Shown piece after piece: positions 25,355-35,900 of a stretch of 64,000 bases of DNA. The notes beneath the pieces were generated by a model. The model made no database searches, was not told where the DNA came from, and worked only from the letters and a program-made list of their open reading frames with translations. This stretch comes from Hyphochytrium catenoides. Taxonomy: Eukaryota; Protista; Hyphochytriomycota. The DNA lies in assembly GCA_900088475.1 (NCBI GenBank), contig FLMG01002493.1:1-64000 (forward strand), in the 5' to 3' direction. Position 1 is the first letter of the stretch; every line of letters starts with the position of its first letter. The position numbers were made by a program, and so were the translations under genes.

Positions 25355-26639
25355 TTATTTTAATATTTTATGTTGACCTTGGCCAGCATCATGGTCTAGC
25401 AGAGCTGCAGCTTCTAGTGATCTACGGGTACTGCCAATGTATGGCAGGACTGCATCGCCTGGCAGCCCTGCAGCTTCTAGCAATAGACGGAAACTGCCGA
25501 TATTTGCAGAGAGCAGACCGAGCTGGGATGATGCAGCATTTGGACAGAGACCTCTTGCGTTATCAGCAGTAGAAATGTCGCTGATGAGCGAGAGCGAGCG
25601 GACAGAAGAAGGGGGAAGAGCGAGTTAAACCGCAGAAGACGGGCAGCGTCTCTCCTACAACTGGCACTGAGAGATAGAAGAGAGACGGGCTAGACCTCGG
25701 AAGGAAGCTGCTTGCCCGCGCGGGGGAGAGAGAGAGATAATGAAGAAGTTGAAGAGAAAGAGTACTAGCCAAGGTACTAGCTGGCTGTGGATCCAGAGAG
25801 ATAAGGTCCGTTGTTAGGTGGCTTGCTGAATGCGTGCGCTACGGGACCAGAAGTGCCATGATGATGGAGGTGGACGACACCAGCAAACGATCGAAGTTGT
25901 AAAAGGTAGAGAAATGTTGCCAGATAAAGCGAGAGGACGAGAGATAGGAAGTGATGGAGGTAAGCAAGGGAGAGGGCGTGACAGTGAGAGAAAGAAAAGA
26001 GACCAGACCATAGGAAGAGAGGAGGCCTAGAGTGGGAGATAGACCCATACAGAAAGAGAGAGAAAGAGACAGAGAGAGAGGGAAAGAGAAAGAGAAACAC
26101 CCACGAGCACAAGAGGACGAGAGGAAGAGATGAGGCAAAGAGAGGGGAGATAGACAAATACAGAAAGAGAGAGGAGAGAAGAGAGAGAGAGAAGAGAGAA
26201 AGGAGAGAGAAAGACCCACAGCACGAGAGGAAGAGATGAGATGTAGAGAGGGGGATAGACACATAAAGAGACAGAGAGAGTAACAGAAAGAGGAATAGAA
26301 AGAGAACGAGAGAGAGAGAGAGAGAGAAGGAGAGAGAGAGAGAAAGAGAAAGAGACCAAACCCCTGTCCCTTGTGGACCACAGTCTGTGTTAGGCAGGAT
26401 CACATTGCATTTCCCTCCAGTCCTTTCCCCGCCTTTGGGAACGGCTCCACAGTACACTGGCAAATGGCCAGTTCGGGGGTTACATGGGCTCATTATTCCT
26501 GGTGCAATCATAATATATCCTTCATAAGCATCAATTCTTTGGTTACGGTTCCGGATAGTACTGGTGTCCCCTGTCGTGCGGTCCCAAAAAGATCTATATT
26601 TGACCTGAAGGAAGGACAAAAATAGGAACAAAATGCTGA

Positions 26640-26692
<53 letters not shown>

Positions 26693-27168
26693 GTCTTTCT
26701 CTTTCCCCTCTCTCTGTCTCTCCCTCTCTCTCTCCCTCTTCCCCCTCTATCTTCCTCTCTCTCTCTCTCTTCTATTGAATCTTCTGGCTCTTAGAAGGAA
26801 GCTGTTCCGGTCACTCGTTTGTGTCACTTTCTAGCCGTCTCTGTGTCCTCCTTTTACGTCTTCCATGTCTTGTCCTTTGCCTGACTCTCAAACGGCTCTT
26901 GGTAGCTCATCCACCCTCTGGCCATGCGTAATGGGAACCATCCTTTCATGCATGAAGAGGGAAGAAGGGAGAGGGTGCAATTCACCAGAGGGAATGAAAG
27001 CCTAATATGGGTGTTTTCGCACCAGATGGGGGACTTGTCATCGACCTGCACAACCTCCGTCAAACTCCAAAGAGTAGGTCTCTTTTACAGGAGTCAATCT
27101 TGTCATATACACACTTTCAGCCCACGCGATAGGCCGACACTCGTGCCTCACCCGCTAATTGGCGCCAT
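25355..27168 (-). CDS. Hypothetical multi-exon protein
   Basis: The first three exons splice in consistent phase (MAPISG|LTPVKETYSLEFDGGCA|GWFPLRMARGWMSYQEPFESQ). A clear exon at ~26605-26362 encodes VKYRSFWDRTTGD...SPCNPRTGHLPVYCG...KCNVILPNTDCGPQG. Later junctions and the 3' end are tentative. Confidence 0.4.
25980..26360. repeat. Imperfect (GA)n polypurine tract (probably intronic)
   Basis: GA-rich low-complexity run that produces spurious SLSL ORFs on the minus strand. Confidence 0.9.
26643..26775. repeat. (CT)n microsatellite
   Basis: A long perfect CT run followed by an imperfect one. Confidence 0.95.
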
Positions 27169-27227
27169 CTCACTCTCTCGACTGATAAGTTTGTTGTAGC
27201 ATATCAGCTCTCAAGGAGCGAGTGACG

Positions 27228-28550
27228 ATGCCTTTCTCCCGCAGAACGAACAAAGCCATTGGCTGCCTGGTGCTGGCCACTAGCCTCTGCGATGTCTCTG
27301 AGGCGGCGTCGAACTTCAAATGCACACCGATGCAGGTGTTGATGACGCGCACAGTCTCAACTCAGGCAGTGTCAGCGAATGGCGCTTGGGTCGGACCCAA
27401 GTTCCCTGCTGAGAACGTTAATACAGCAAACTTGCTCGGGGCCCTCAAGTTTATAATGACAGAGACCATTGATAGTGCCACTGGGGTCACCGACTGCCAG
27501 AGGAAGAACGGTGTGGCGTATATTGACTTCTACTTATGGACAATCTGCCAGCCAAACAACGCCCTTTGGTGGTTCTCGCCGCTTAAGCCTGAGGGATATG
27601 GAGGCACTCCTCAGTACACCTACAGAGGTCTTGGTCAGTACGTTACCTTTGATGACGGAGCTTGCAACAGTGACCAAGAATACTGTGCCTATATCAACGG
27701 CGACAACAAGGCGCCAAAGCTGGGCAACTTTATTGGTTGGCAGGATGTGAGCACTGACCCGAGAAACCCAACAGAGGGGGCTTATTGGTATTCCTTCCCT
27801 GGCTCCTGCCCTGAGCAGTCTAGGTCCTCTAAGAAGAAGACCCCTGAGTGCATGGCTGAGAGACCATCAGGCCTCTGCAAACCAGGTCAGGTGCCAGATG
27901 GAGTTACCTGCACCTATAACTACCAATTCTTGGGCGAGGTCGACATCGACGGGCTTGTTGGAATCAAGGCTCTGGGCTACTCTAACTACACTGAATTCTG
28001 CAAGGCAGGAAATGTCGAGTTTGAAAGGGCTGAAGATTTCTCCTTTGTTAAAGGGCTAAACTTCTGGAGCGATCCGCTCAACCAGACGAGGAACATGGAA
28101 AGGATTGATGCTATGCTTCAGTACTATTCCAAACAGCCAATGAACCTGCCTATCCCTGATCCCAAGACTCTCAACAAGCAAAACCCCAAATGCTTCTGCA
28201 ACTTTCCCGCTTGTACAGAGAGCACGCCGTGCAAGTACGACTTCTCCCAAAGCTGTGTCCCTTGTGACCCAACGGTAAACCCAGATTGTGAGCAGTTCAA
28301 CCCAAGCGAGTGCCCTAACGGTCTCCCGCGCCTTCTGGACCCAGTTAAGCTGCAATCATCATCCCTGTCACAGACATCGGGATCCTCTAGTCAGTCGTCA
28401 AGTGCGTCTGGAAACAGCCAGACCTCAGGAGGGTCCTCTCAGGCCACTGTGCAGTCTGGTGCAGTAAGTAATGTTGTCTCCAGCTATTTCACGGCAGCTG
28501 TGACGGGTCTTCTGGTTCTCCATGGCCTTGCCTTTGGTCTTAGCTGCTAG
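27228..28550 (+). CDS. Intronless secreted Cys-rich protein with Ser-rich linker and putative GPI signal (uncharacterised family known from oomycetes)
   Basis: Signal-peptide-like N-terminus. Core motifs CQRKN, TICQP, DPR..GAYWYSFPGSCP, PSGLC..GQVPDGVTCTY and LGEVDIDGLVGI. Ser/Gly/Gln stalk and hydrophobic C-terminus YFTAAVTGLLVLHGLAFGLSC. Family resemblance is from memory. Confidence 0.8.
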   Translation: MPFSRRTNKAIGCLVLATSLCDVSEAASNFKCTPMQVLMTRTVSTQAVSANGAWVGPKFPAENVNTANLLGALKFIMTETIDSATGVTDCQRKNGVAYIDFYLWTICQPNNALWWFSPLKPEGYGGTPQYTYRGLGQYVTFDDGACNSDQEYCAYINGDNKAPKLGNFIGWQDVSTDPRNPTEGAYWYSFPGSCPEQSRSSKKKTPECMAERPSGLCKPGQVPDGVTCTYNYQFLGEVDIDGLVGIKALGYSNYTEFCKAGNVEFERAEDFSFVKGLNFWSDPLNQTRNMERIDAMLQYYSKQPMNLPIPDPKTLNKQNPKCFCNFPACTESTPCKYDFSQSCVPCDPTVNPDCEQFNPSECPNGLPRLLDPVKLQSSSLSQTSGSSSQSSSASGNSQTSGGSSQATVQSGAVSNVVSSYFTAAVTGLLVLHGLAFGLSC

Positions 28551-28811
28551 GCGGGGAACTCAATAGGTGTCTATTCTGGCGAGAGTAGAAAACACTCAAT
28601 AGATGTATGTACAGTTAAAGCTCGTCTGAAGGATGCTCTTGAGGCTGAGTACAGCTGCTGTCCTAGGCTATCGATTGTCTCAATACCCTTGTCAGCCGTA
28701 CTCTAGCTTCTCCTTCTAAGCCATCAGAGCTCGTATATTGATATTACCTTTTATAAAAGCCAACTTTGTCAATAGCTGTTGTGAGATGGAGTGAGTACTC
28801 CTGTAGGTGCT

Positions 28812-29017
28812 TCAAAGTCCCCACTGACCAAGACGGACTGAGGTTGACCCTGTACTGCTGTCCTCAAAACTCCTAGCCATCCGTCATTTCAAGGCTCTCA
28901 TTGTCAGTACCTGGTACCCATATCTGAGATGGACTGGGTACTTTATCGCTGCCCCAAATTTCCCACTGAGATGGACGGAGATTGATCCTCCATTGATGTC
29001 GTCAAAATTCAAGCCAT
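28812..29017. repeat. Diverged ~138 bp tandem repeat abutting the assembly gap
   Basis: ccactgaccaagacggactgaggttgaccctgtactgctgtcctcaaaactcctagccat aligns with ccactgagatggacggagattgatcctccattgatgtcgtcaaaattcaagccat. Confidence 0.6.
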
Positions 29018-29067
29018 NNNNNNNNNNNNNNNNNNNNNNNNNNNNNNNNNNNNNNNNNNNNNNNNNN
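29018..29067. other. Assembly gap (50 N)
   Basis: Run of N. Confidence 0.99.
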
Positions 29068-29169
29068 TGAGCCATTGACTATTACGATCCGTCCGAAAAT
29101 GTCCTAAGTTCTACTAGGGATACTGAGAACCAGTATTTCGATAGACAGAGGAGTCAAGCTTATAGCTTT

Positions 29170-29900
29170 TCCTAGGATCCGACGTCATCGTCTTCATCCT
29201 CCTCTCCAGCTTGCTTCGTTGCCATCCTCTACAGTTGGAACGGATGATCATCCTCAGGCTCCTCAATCCCCGGTAGACCGTGGTGGGCAGTCTGGCGTAC
29301 AGATCTGTAGATTGACGGCGTCACCGCTGAGGGAGAAGTGCAGTCTCACTGTTATCCGTTACATTTGACCGGCGGTAATCACTCTCTGATTACTTATTGC
29401 CTTTACTGGTTCACTGATTTGATAATCAGCCACAGAGATAAACGGGGCCGTTTCATCATCTCCTTGAAGTTCCTGTCCCTCCTCTGTCCCTCCCTCCGCC
29501 TCTCTTCCCTCAGCAGGATCGCCATCATCAAATATATTGCGCCCTGACATCTTCCTCCGCCGCACTGTTCGGTCATCCAGCTGCCTACGACGCCAGTGCT
29601 TGTGCTGGTGCCGCTACTATTGCTGCGACTGCTGCTGCTGCTGCCCGAGCCGCGGCTAGTAGCGTCGTACCCTTCTTCCTTATGGCGCTAGTAGGGCGCC
29701 ACGTGCCTCTGGTAGTGCTGCTACTTTATTGACCGCTTTTAGAAAGAATTGAAGAGTACTACTACAAATCTCGATGCTACTGGTGATAGTGCTAGGTAGT
29801 GGTGCTGATTGAGCTGCTAGTACTCGTACCCGGCACTGTTGGCGCTTCAGGTGCAGCTGGGGCTTCAGGCGCTGCTAGGCTCTTCTGCTAGCTGCGCCCT
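29170..29900 (-). pseudogene. Decayed low-complexity coding segment with Gln/Arg-position stops
   Basis: One frame reads APEAPAAPEAPTVPGTSTSSSISTTT*HYHQ*HRDL**YSSILSKSGQ*SSSTT...AAAAAVAAIVAAPAQALAS*AAG*PNSAAEEDVRAQYI**WRS. Confidence 0.55.
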
Positions 29901-30117
29901 ATCCCATTGTCGAAGCCTATAGGCCATGAATATGAACCCAAGGAAGCTTTAATGGCAGGTTCTCCTCCATACTCTGTTCTTCCTCTTTTGGGCCTGATAG
30001 ATGTCGTTCTTGCTCATTGCAGTCGCCAATTCTCCTGACCTCATTTGTCATGCAGCAGTAGCCCTTGGACAAACCCAAACGGCGGGACATCGCGGACACT
30101 GAGAGAAAGTTATTAAT

Positions 30118-32774
30118 ATGGGAGGCGGCGTCTCCAAAGTCTTAGTTCAGCAATATGAGTTTGCCTGCGATGCAACGGTAAAGAAGTATCTAGAAGCCCT
30201 GCAGCTGACCCACCGCCAGGGCCTTCTCTTCTACCAGCTCTTTGCGCAGATAGACCGTGACCATTCAAACTCCGTCGATCTCAGGGAGGTTTACAGCCAT
30301 TTCAACATTGAGCGCAGCGTCTTCACGGACATCGCTTTAGGAGTTTTTAAGGGTGGAGACGGCGGTGGGGATAGAGAGGTCAGATTTCATGACTTCTTCG
30401 TTGCGATCTGGAACTATTGTACTGTGACCAATAGACAGTTGAAGATGATGATCTTCTCCGTCTTTGACGATAGCGGGGATGGAACGCTAGAGAAAGCAGA
30501 GTTCGATGCCCTTGTTCGCATGCTGTTCAACGTTGATCAGCTGGATGGAAGGCTGAAGGACATCATAGAGGAAGCTGATAAAGATGGAAGTGGATCACTC
30601 TCATTTGATGAATTCTGTGCTATCACTGACAAGCATCCAGAGGTGTTGGACCCTGCTTTTAAGCTGCAGAAGACATTTCTCCTTTGCTGTCTTACTCCTG
30701 AACAATGGGAAGTGGAGAAGCAGAAAAGGGCTACTTTGTGGTCTGACAAGTCGATTGAAGAGATTATAGCGAAAGCCGTAAAGAGGAAGGAAAAAGAGAA
30801 AGAGAAGGCCGAGCAGCGGAAGTCTAAGGATGAAAATGAAAGAAAGAATCGCGTCGCCCTGAGAGAGGAAACTAAAAGAAAGCGCCAGGTAAGAAGTGGC
30901 TAGTAAACTACGGCTTTTGATCGTTTGTCCCCATTCATAGCTTCTTACTCTCTTCTTCTTCCTTCCTCTCCACTGCGACTTGATGATGATTGGAAACTTG
31001 CCTCTCTTCTGAACTGATCTCTTTTCTCTCCTCGGGAGGATCGTACAATGCAGTTTCTCTATCATACTCTGCCTTCCCAACCCTTTCAGCTCTTTAATGT
31101 TCTGACTACTTCGCAGTCGACAACTACTCCGTCTTTCTTTTCTTCAAAGTAGCTCCTCACCGACCCTTATGTGTACCAATATTAAAGGAGGAGGAAGAAG
31201 AGAAGAAGGTCTTGCTATGGGTCACGGAGCATCAAGAGCCCGAACTCCTCACTTACAGGAAAGCGATCGAAGAGCTGGCCGAGGCAAACTACGTCTACAA
31301 CCGCGCCCTAAAGGGAGGGGAGGAAGAGGTTGAAAGAAGCCAACAACCGCCAAGCTCTTCAAGCCTCAACAGCAATAATAATCAACAAGAGTTAGAACAG
31401 GAGCAGCAAAAAGAGAAATCTGCAGAGGAGGTTGGTCGAGAAACAAGGAGGAGGGAGCAGGTGAATCTTGACATGTTGCAGCTCAAGGTAGCGGTAACTT
31501 TGCGTCAAAATGCCGTCGACTTAGCTCTTAAGGTCTTGGAGACAAAGTGGAAGGAAGGGGAGGAGAAAGAAGTCCCTAAGGTTCGAGAGGAGGCCGCTGA
31601 CAAAGCACTGATGGCGATAAGCGCGGACGAGAGCCTTGCTAAATCTCTGGAGAGCGAAGCCAAGAAGATGATTTGGACGTAAGACCACGAGATGAGACAG
31701 AAGCAAGATAGGCTTATTAGGAGAGAGACATGCAGAAGCCAAGGAACACCTGGCCGCTTTTTGTTTGTCTCCTCTGCTTTATCTCTCTAATGCTGGGGAA
31801 GTCATCTTTATGTCTCATGGGTCCATAGTGTCTCGGCCCTTGCCCAGAGAGAGCACTCTATATTTCGCTTGCTTATCTCTGCATCATATTTCTTTTGCTG
31901 CCTCCTTTGCTGACCCAGGTATAAGAACGTTATGAAACGTCCCCCACCTACGTGGGACGAGGCTTTGGAAATGGTGGAAGAAGAGTTCTGTGAGAAGAAG
32001 GCGACAGAAGCAGAAAAGAAATGCAGAGACAAATGGAGGGACTGCCGCCAATATCTAGAGAAAGATGTGAACCGAATCAGGAAAACGGTAGTTGAGAGGC
32101 ATAGGAAGAAGGAAGAAGAGGACAGGAAAGCAGAAGAGGACAAAAGGAAGAAGCAGGAAGAAGAGGAACGGAAGAAGGCCCAAGAAGCAGTCCTCATAGC
32201 GTCTGCCGCCTCTGAGGAGACGGGAGACCAAGGTAGCACCACCGAGAAGCACCTGCAACAGGTACCACTTGCCTCCGGCCAGTCTTTCTCTTGCAGTCTT
32301 CCTTTCAAGCTCTGCTTCAGCCGTCTTCCGCTATATCCGTTGTGGTCGGCGTGACTCTGCTCTTGTCCAGATCTATTTGTTACCCCTCAGCTTCCTATCG
32401 GCAACTCTGGGCATCCGGTTCTAACTCGTTCCCTCTTTTCTCAATATAAATAGCAGGGGGCGCTGTTGACCACAGCCTTTATCCCTCCGCCCCCACCGCC
32501 TTATGTGCGCCCTCCTGCTGGAGATGTGCCTTCTGAAGTAGAGCCATACAGAGATCAGGAAGGTCGCCTTTGGTTAAAGAGGAAGGATCCTTCTTCTTCC
32601 CGCTTCTACTTTCACTGCCCACATTCTGGACAACAGCAGTGGGAGATGCCTGAGGGCCTTGCCCCAGCAACCGACATTGGAAGGGTGACAGAAATTATTG
32701 AGGAGCAAGGGTTACGAGGCTCAAGTGAGACCATACGTGAGACCGCAGAAGCTGAAAGTGATAAAGGAGTATGA
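30118..32774 (+). CDS. EF-hand (calcineurin-B-like) / coiled-coil / WW-domain protein
   Basis: Four phase-consistent exons (30118-30888, 31188-31678, 31919-32261, 32457-32774). MGGGVSK N-terminus. EF loops DRDHSNSVDLRE, DDSGDGTLEKAE and DKDGSGSLSFDE. Charged helices. WW-like WLKRKDPSSSRFYFHCPHSGQQQWEMP. Confidence 0.82.
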
Positions 32775-32917
32775 GATGAGCAATCTGGCCAAAAGCAACT
32801 GGAGAAACAACGAGCTCGTGGTGCTTGGCATTAGAGCCTTTAGGATTATATATACACTACGGCATCAATGACGGGAAGCACGGTTGCAATACAGGGACTC
32901 AGAAGTAAGCCTGAGCA

Positions 32918-35900
32918 CTACTGACGCGCCTGTGCCATTTGATGGACGAGTATCCCTGCTTGAGTGACATTCTCCACTTCATAGAGAGATGGAGGGACCT
33001 GCTGCGCATCGCGTTCCGTCTAAGGACAGAGCAGGATGTTAGACGAATGTAGAGAGAAGAGACGGAGCAGGTGTCAATGAAGCTAAATGACTTGAGTTGG
33101 CGTCAAGAAAGCATAAAATCACAGATAAGTACGACCCTACAACCAGAGGGCAGCGAGCCCTTTCTTGGTCCTTATGGCATTCAGCGAAAATATAGCCTTA
33201 CCGGGTGGTTTTCTCCGAGGACAAGCTGTAGCTTAGTAGGTCTGCTAGTAAGCACTTTGAATGCGGGAGTGAGCTCCTGACACCGCGCAAAGAGGTTGAG
33301 GCGCCCGAAGATATAGAGACCAAGCCGCGCGCGGGACATGGCAACAATGAGACGCCGGACATCTCTGGAGAATTAATAAGAGGGGCATCAGTACCCACGT
33401 ATCTTAAATATTCTGTACTTTGGAGCTCGCTGTCATTGTTATAGTAGTTCACCCCATGTCTAACCCTTGGAACCTAGCCGTGCAACGCTCCCTGCAGCTC
33501 CACCTAAAGTCCCTTCCCACCTGCTACCTACACGACCGCAGCCTCTTGCTCATCCGCGTCGAGAATGTTTCCATAGTAAATTTACTTTGGCTGTGTCCTT
33601 TTCTCTCCGTTCTAACTCTCCTACCTGAGATGACCAACGGATCGGGTCCTGACCAATGAGAGGAGGATGTAGTCGTTCTGTTGACCCTGATATCTATCGA
33701 CAGTGGTCACTTTGGATGGAAGGCCAAACATGGGGAAAGGGGCGCATCTGCATTCGGTTATGGCGATGAGTAGAGATGTTCAGTTAAGTTGCAGCGGTGT
33801 TAAGTCCACAGAGTTATGGATACGAGAGGAGATAGGCTTGAAGTGACAGTCAAGAAGGCAAGGGTAAGCGTTGTTGAAGCATTGAGAGTGTATGGACTGG
33901 CTGATGAGGACCGCACCTTCTGTTTAGAACATCGCGGATGAGGTGTTTTTGACCGTTGTAGGTAGAGAGAATGGCGATCTTCTCTTTTGGATAACCCATC
34001 AACCGCATCAACTGGTACACGGCCACCACATATTCCGCCTCACCAAGATTTTGATAGAAATATGGAGAAGGCGTAAACTCTCCTTTGCCTTCGAAATCCT
34101 CGACATTGATGAACTGAAAGTCGTACGCAAACCCAGCATTGGCCTACGGTAACCAGAAGAATATCACAGTCATAAAAAGAAAAAGTCATGAGGGGAGTGC
34201 CATCCAAGAAACAAATGACGCTCGTAACCGGGATCACAGAGCTCTTTTAGGCGCCCACTCAAGCAACGCAGCGATCACCACCATAGATAAGGTGTGAGTT
34301 TAAAGAACTCTGAAGCGGACGACATTGCGAGATTCGTTGCTACCTTTTTATACACAGTTTCCTGCAACACATTCGGCAGGTCGCTAAGGTTTTTATATCG
34401 CCAGTTATAGAGCCGACTGAGAGTAGGTCGAGCACGACCTTGGGCATCCAGTTGAATGGCAGGAACCCCTAGACGAATGAATCTAGAGTCGAGGAATAGG
34501 AGAGAGCGACAATGCCGGCAAAGGTAAATGAGAATTGATCATGATCACTGAGGACAAGAGCTATAGGGTCACATAAGAACGTAGATAGTGGGCAGATCAA
34601 GATCGAAACATCCTAGAAGCAGCCACTAGACCATAATGTAGGCTTCGGTAATAGCTTGACGAACAGGTCGTCATGGATAAGCCGCCAGGGCTTTCTAAGG
34701 ATGGATGAAGGTAAAGAGCAACCAACGAACCTTGAAAATAAACTCTGGTCAAGATGTCCGTATTTGCGGAATGCCTCGTTCTTCACAACTGGAGGGAGCT
34801 GATGGTGATCTCCTATCAGAACCACTCTCTTCAGCCGTCCTGTGCCCCCGGCGCCTCCTCCTCCAGCTCCTTGTCCGACGCCCTCAATCTCCTGGAGCAC
34901 TAGCGGGATGAAAGTTTCTATCTCTAGCACTTGGGCTGCCTCTTCCATGACAATATTGTCATATTTGAAACCCAGAGCCACAAGTTTGCTGCGAATAAGT
35001 GCCGCATGGGTGCAGGTAAGGGCGACAATCCGTGCCTGGTGGAGGTTGCAGTCAATTCACAGAATACGGGAATTGGAGAATAGGGGAAGGGAGAAGGAAC
35101 CGAAGCGGAGAGCGAGCGAGCGAGTGAGATCAAGGTCATTCGAGTTAATCATCAAGAGACACAATGGCTGCAACGAGAAAAGGACTCTCAAACCCCCAGT
35201 AGAGATGCCATGGCACAAGGTGCAATATGCATTGCTAGAAACACCTGCATAATCATCGCACCTGCTTCGTAAGGAGATAATCGCCTCGCTGCGTGTGAGT
35301 CCTCAACACCTCGAACGCACGGTAGTCCTCTAGCTCTTTAAAGAGCGAGTCAAGATACCGGAAGCAACCCTATAAGGAAAGGTAGCTGTGAGTGGCACGC
35401 CATGAGAGCAGTTGAAGTCATGAATGCTGAAGCATTAGTACTCATAGCAGATTGTGCTACGTAACAAGCTCCGTAAGCCTGCCCGCAGAGGATTAATAAT
35501 CTACCCGTGAGAAGGGCAAAGATATATATGTTGGAGCCGCAAAGATGCGGGGTCCAACCTAGAGGAAGGAATGAGGTCTAGCATCAAGGTTAAGGAACCA
35601 GTACAACCTTGGCTGCTTCTAGGTCCTTCTCAAAATCCCCAACGAAAATGGGTGACTCCGTCTGGAAATAGGCAGCAAAGGGAAAGTTCTCTCGCACCCA
35701 GTTGGGACTACGATCCCTGTCACTTGCTTGTTAGCTGTCTTCCCTGTGCACGGTGAACAGCGTCCTGTCGTCTCTCCCCTTGATACTCTCTCTCTCTCTC
35801 TTTTTTGTCTCTCTCTCTCTCTCTTCCCAATCTCACCCTCCCCTCGTTCTTGAGAGGTCATCCGCTGTCTGATCGTCCGTCTTCGTCTCACTTTGTATCT

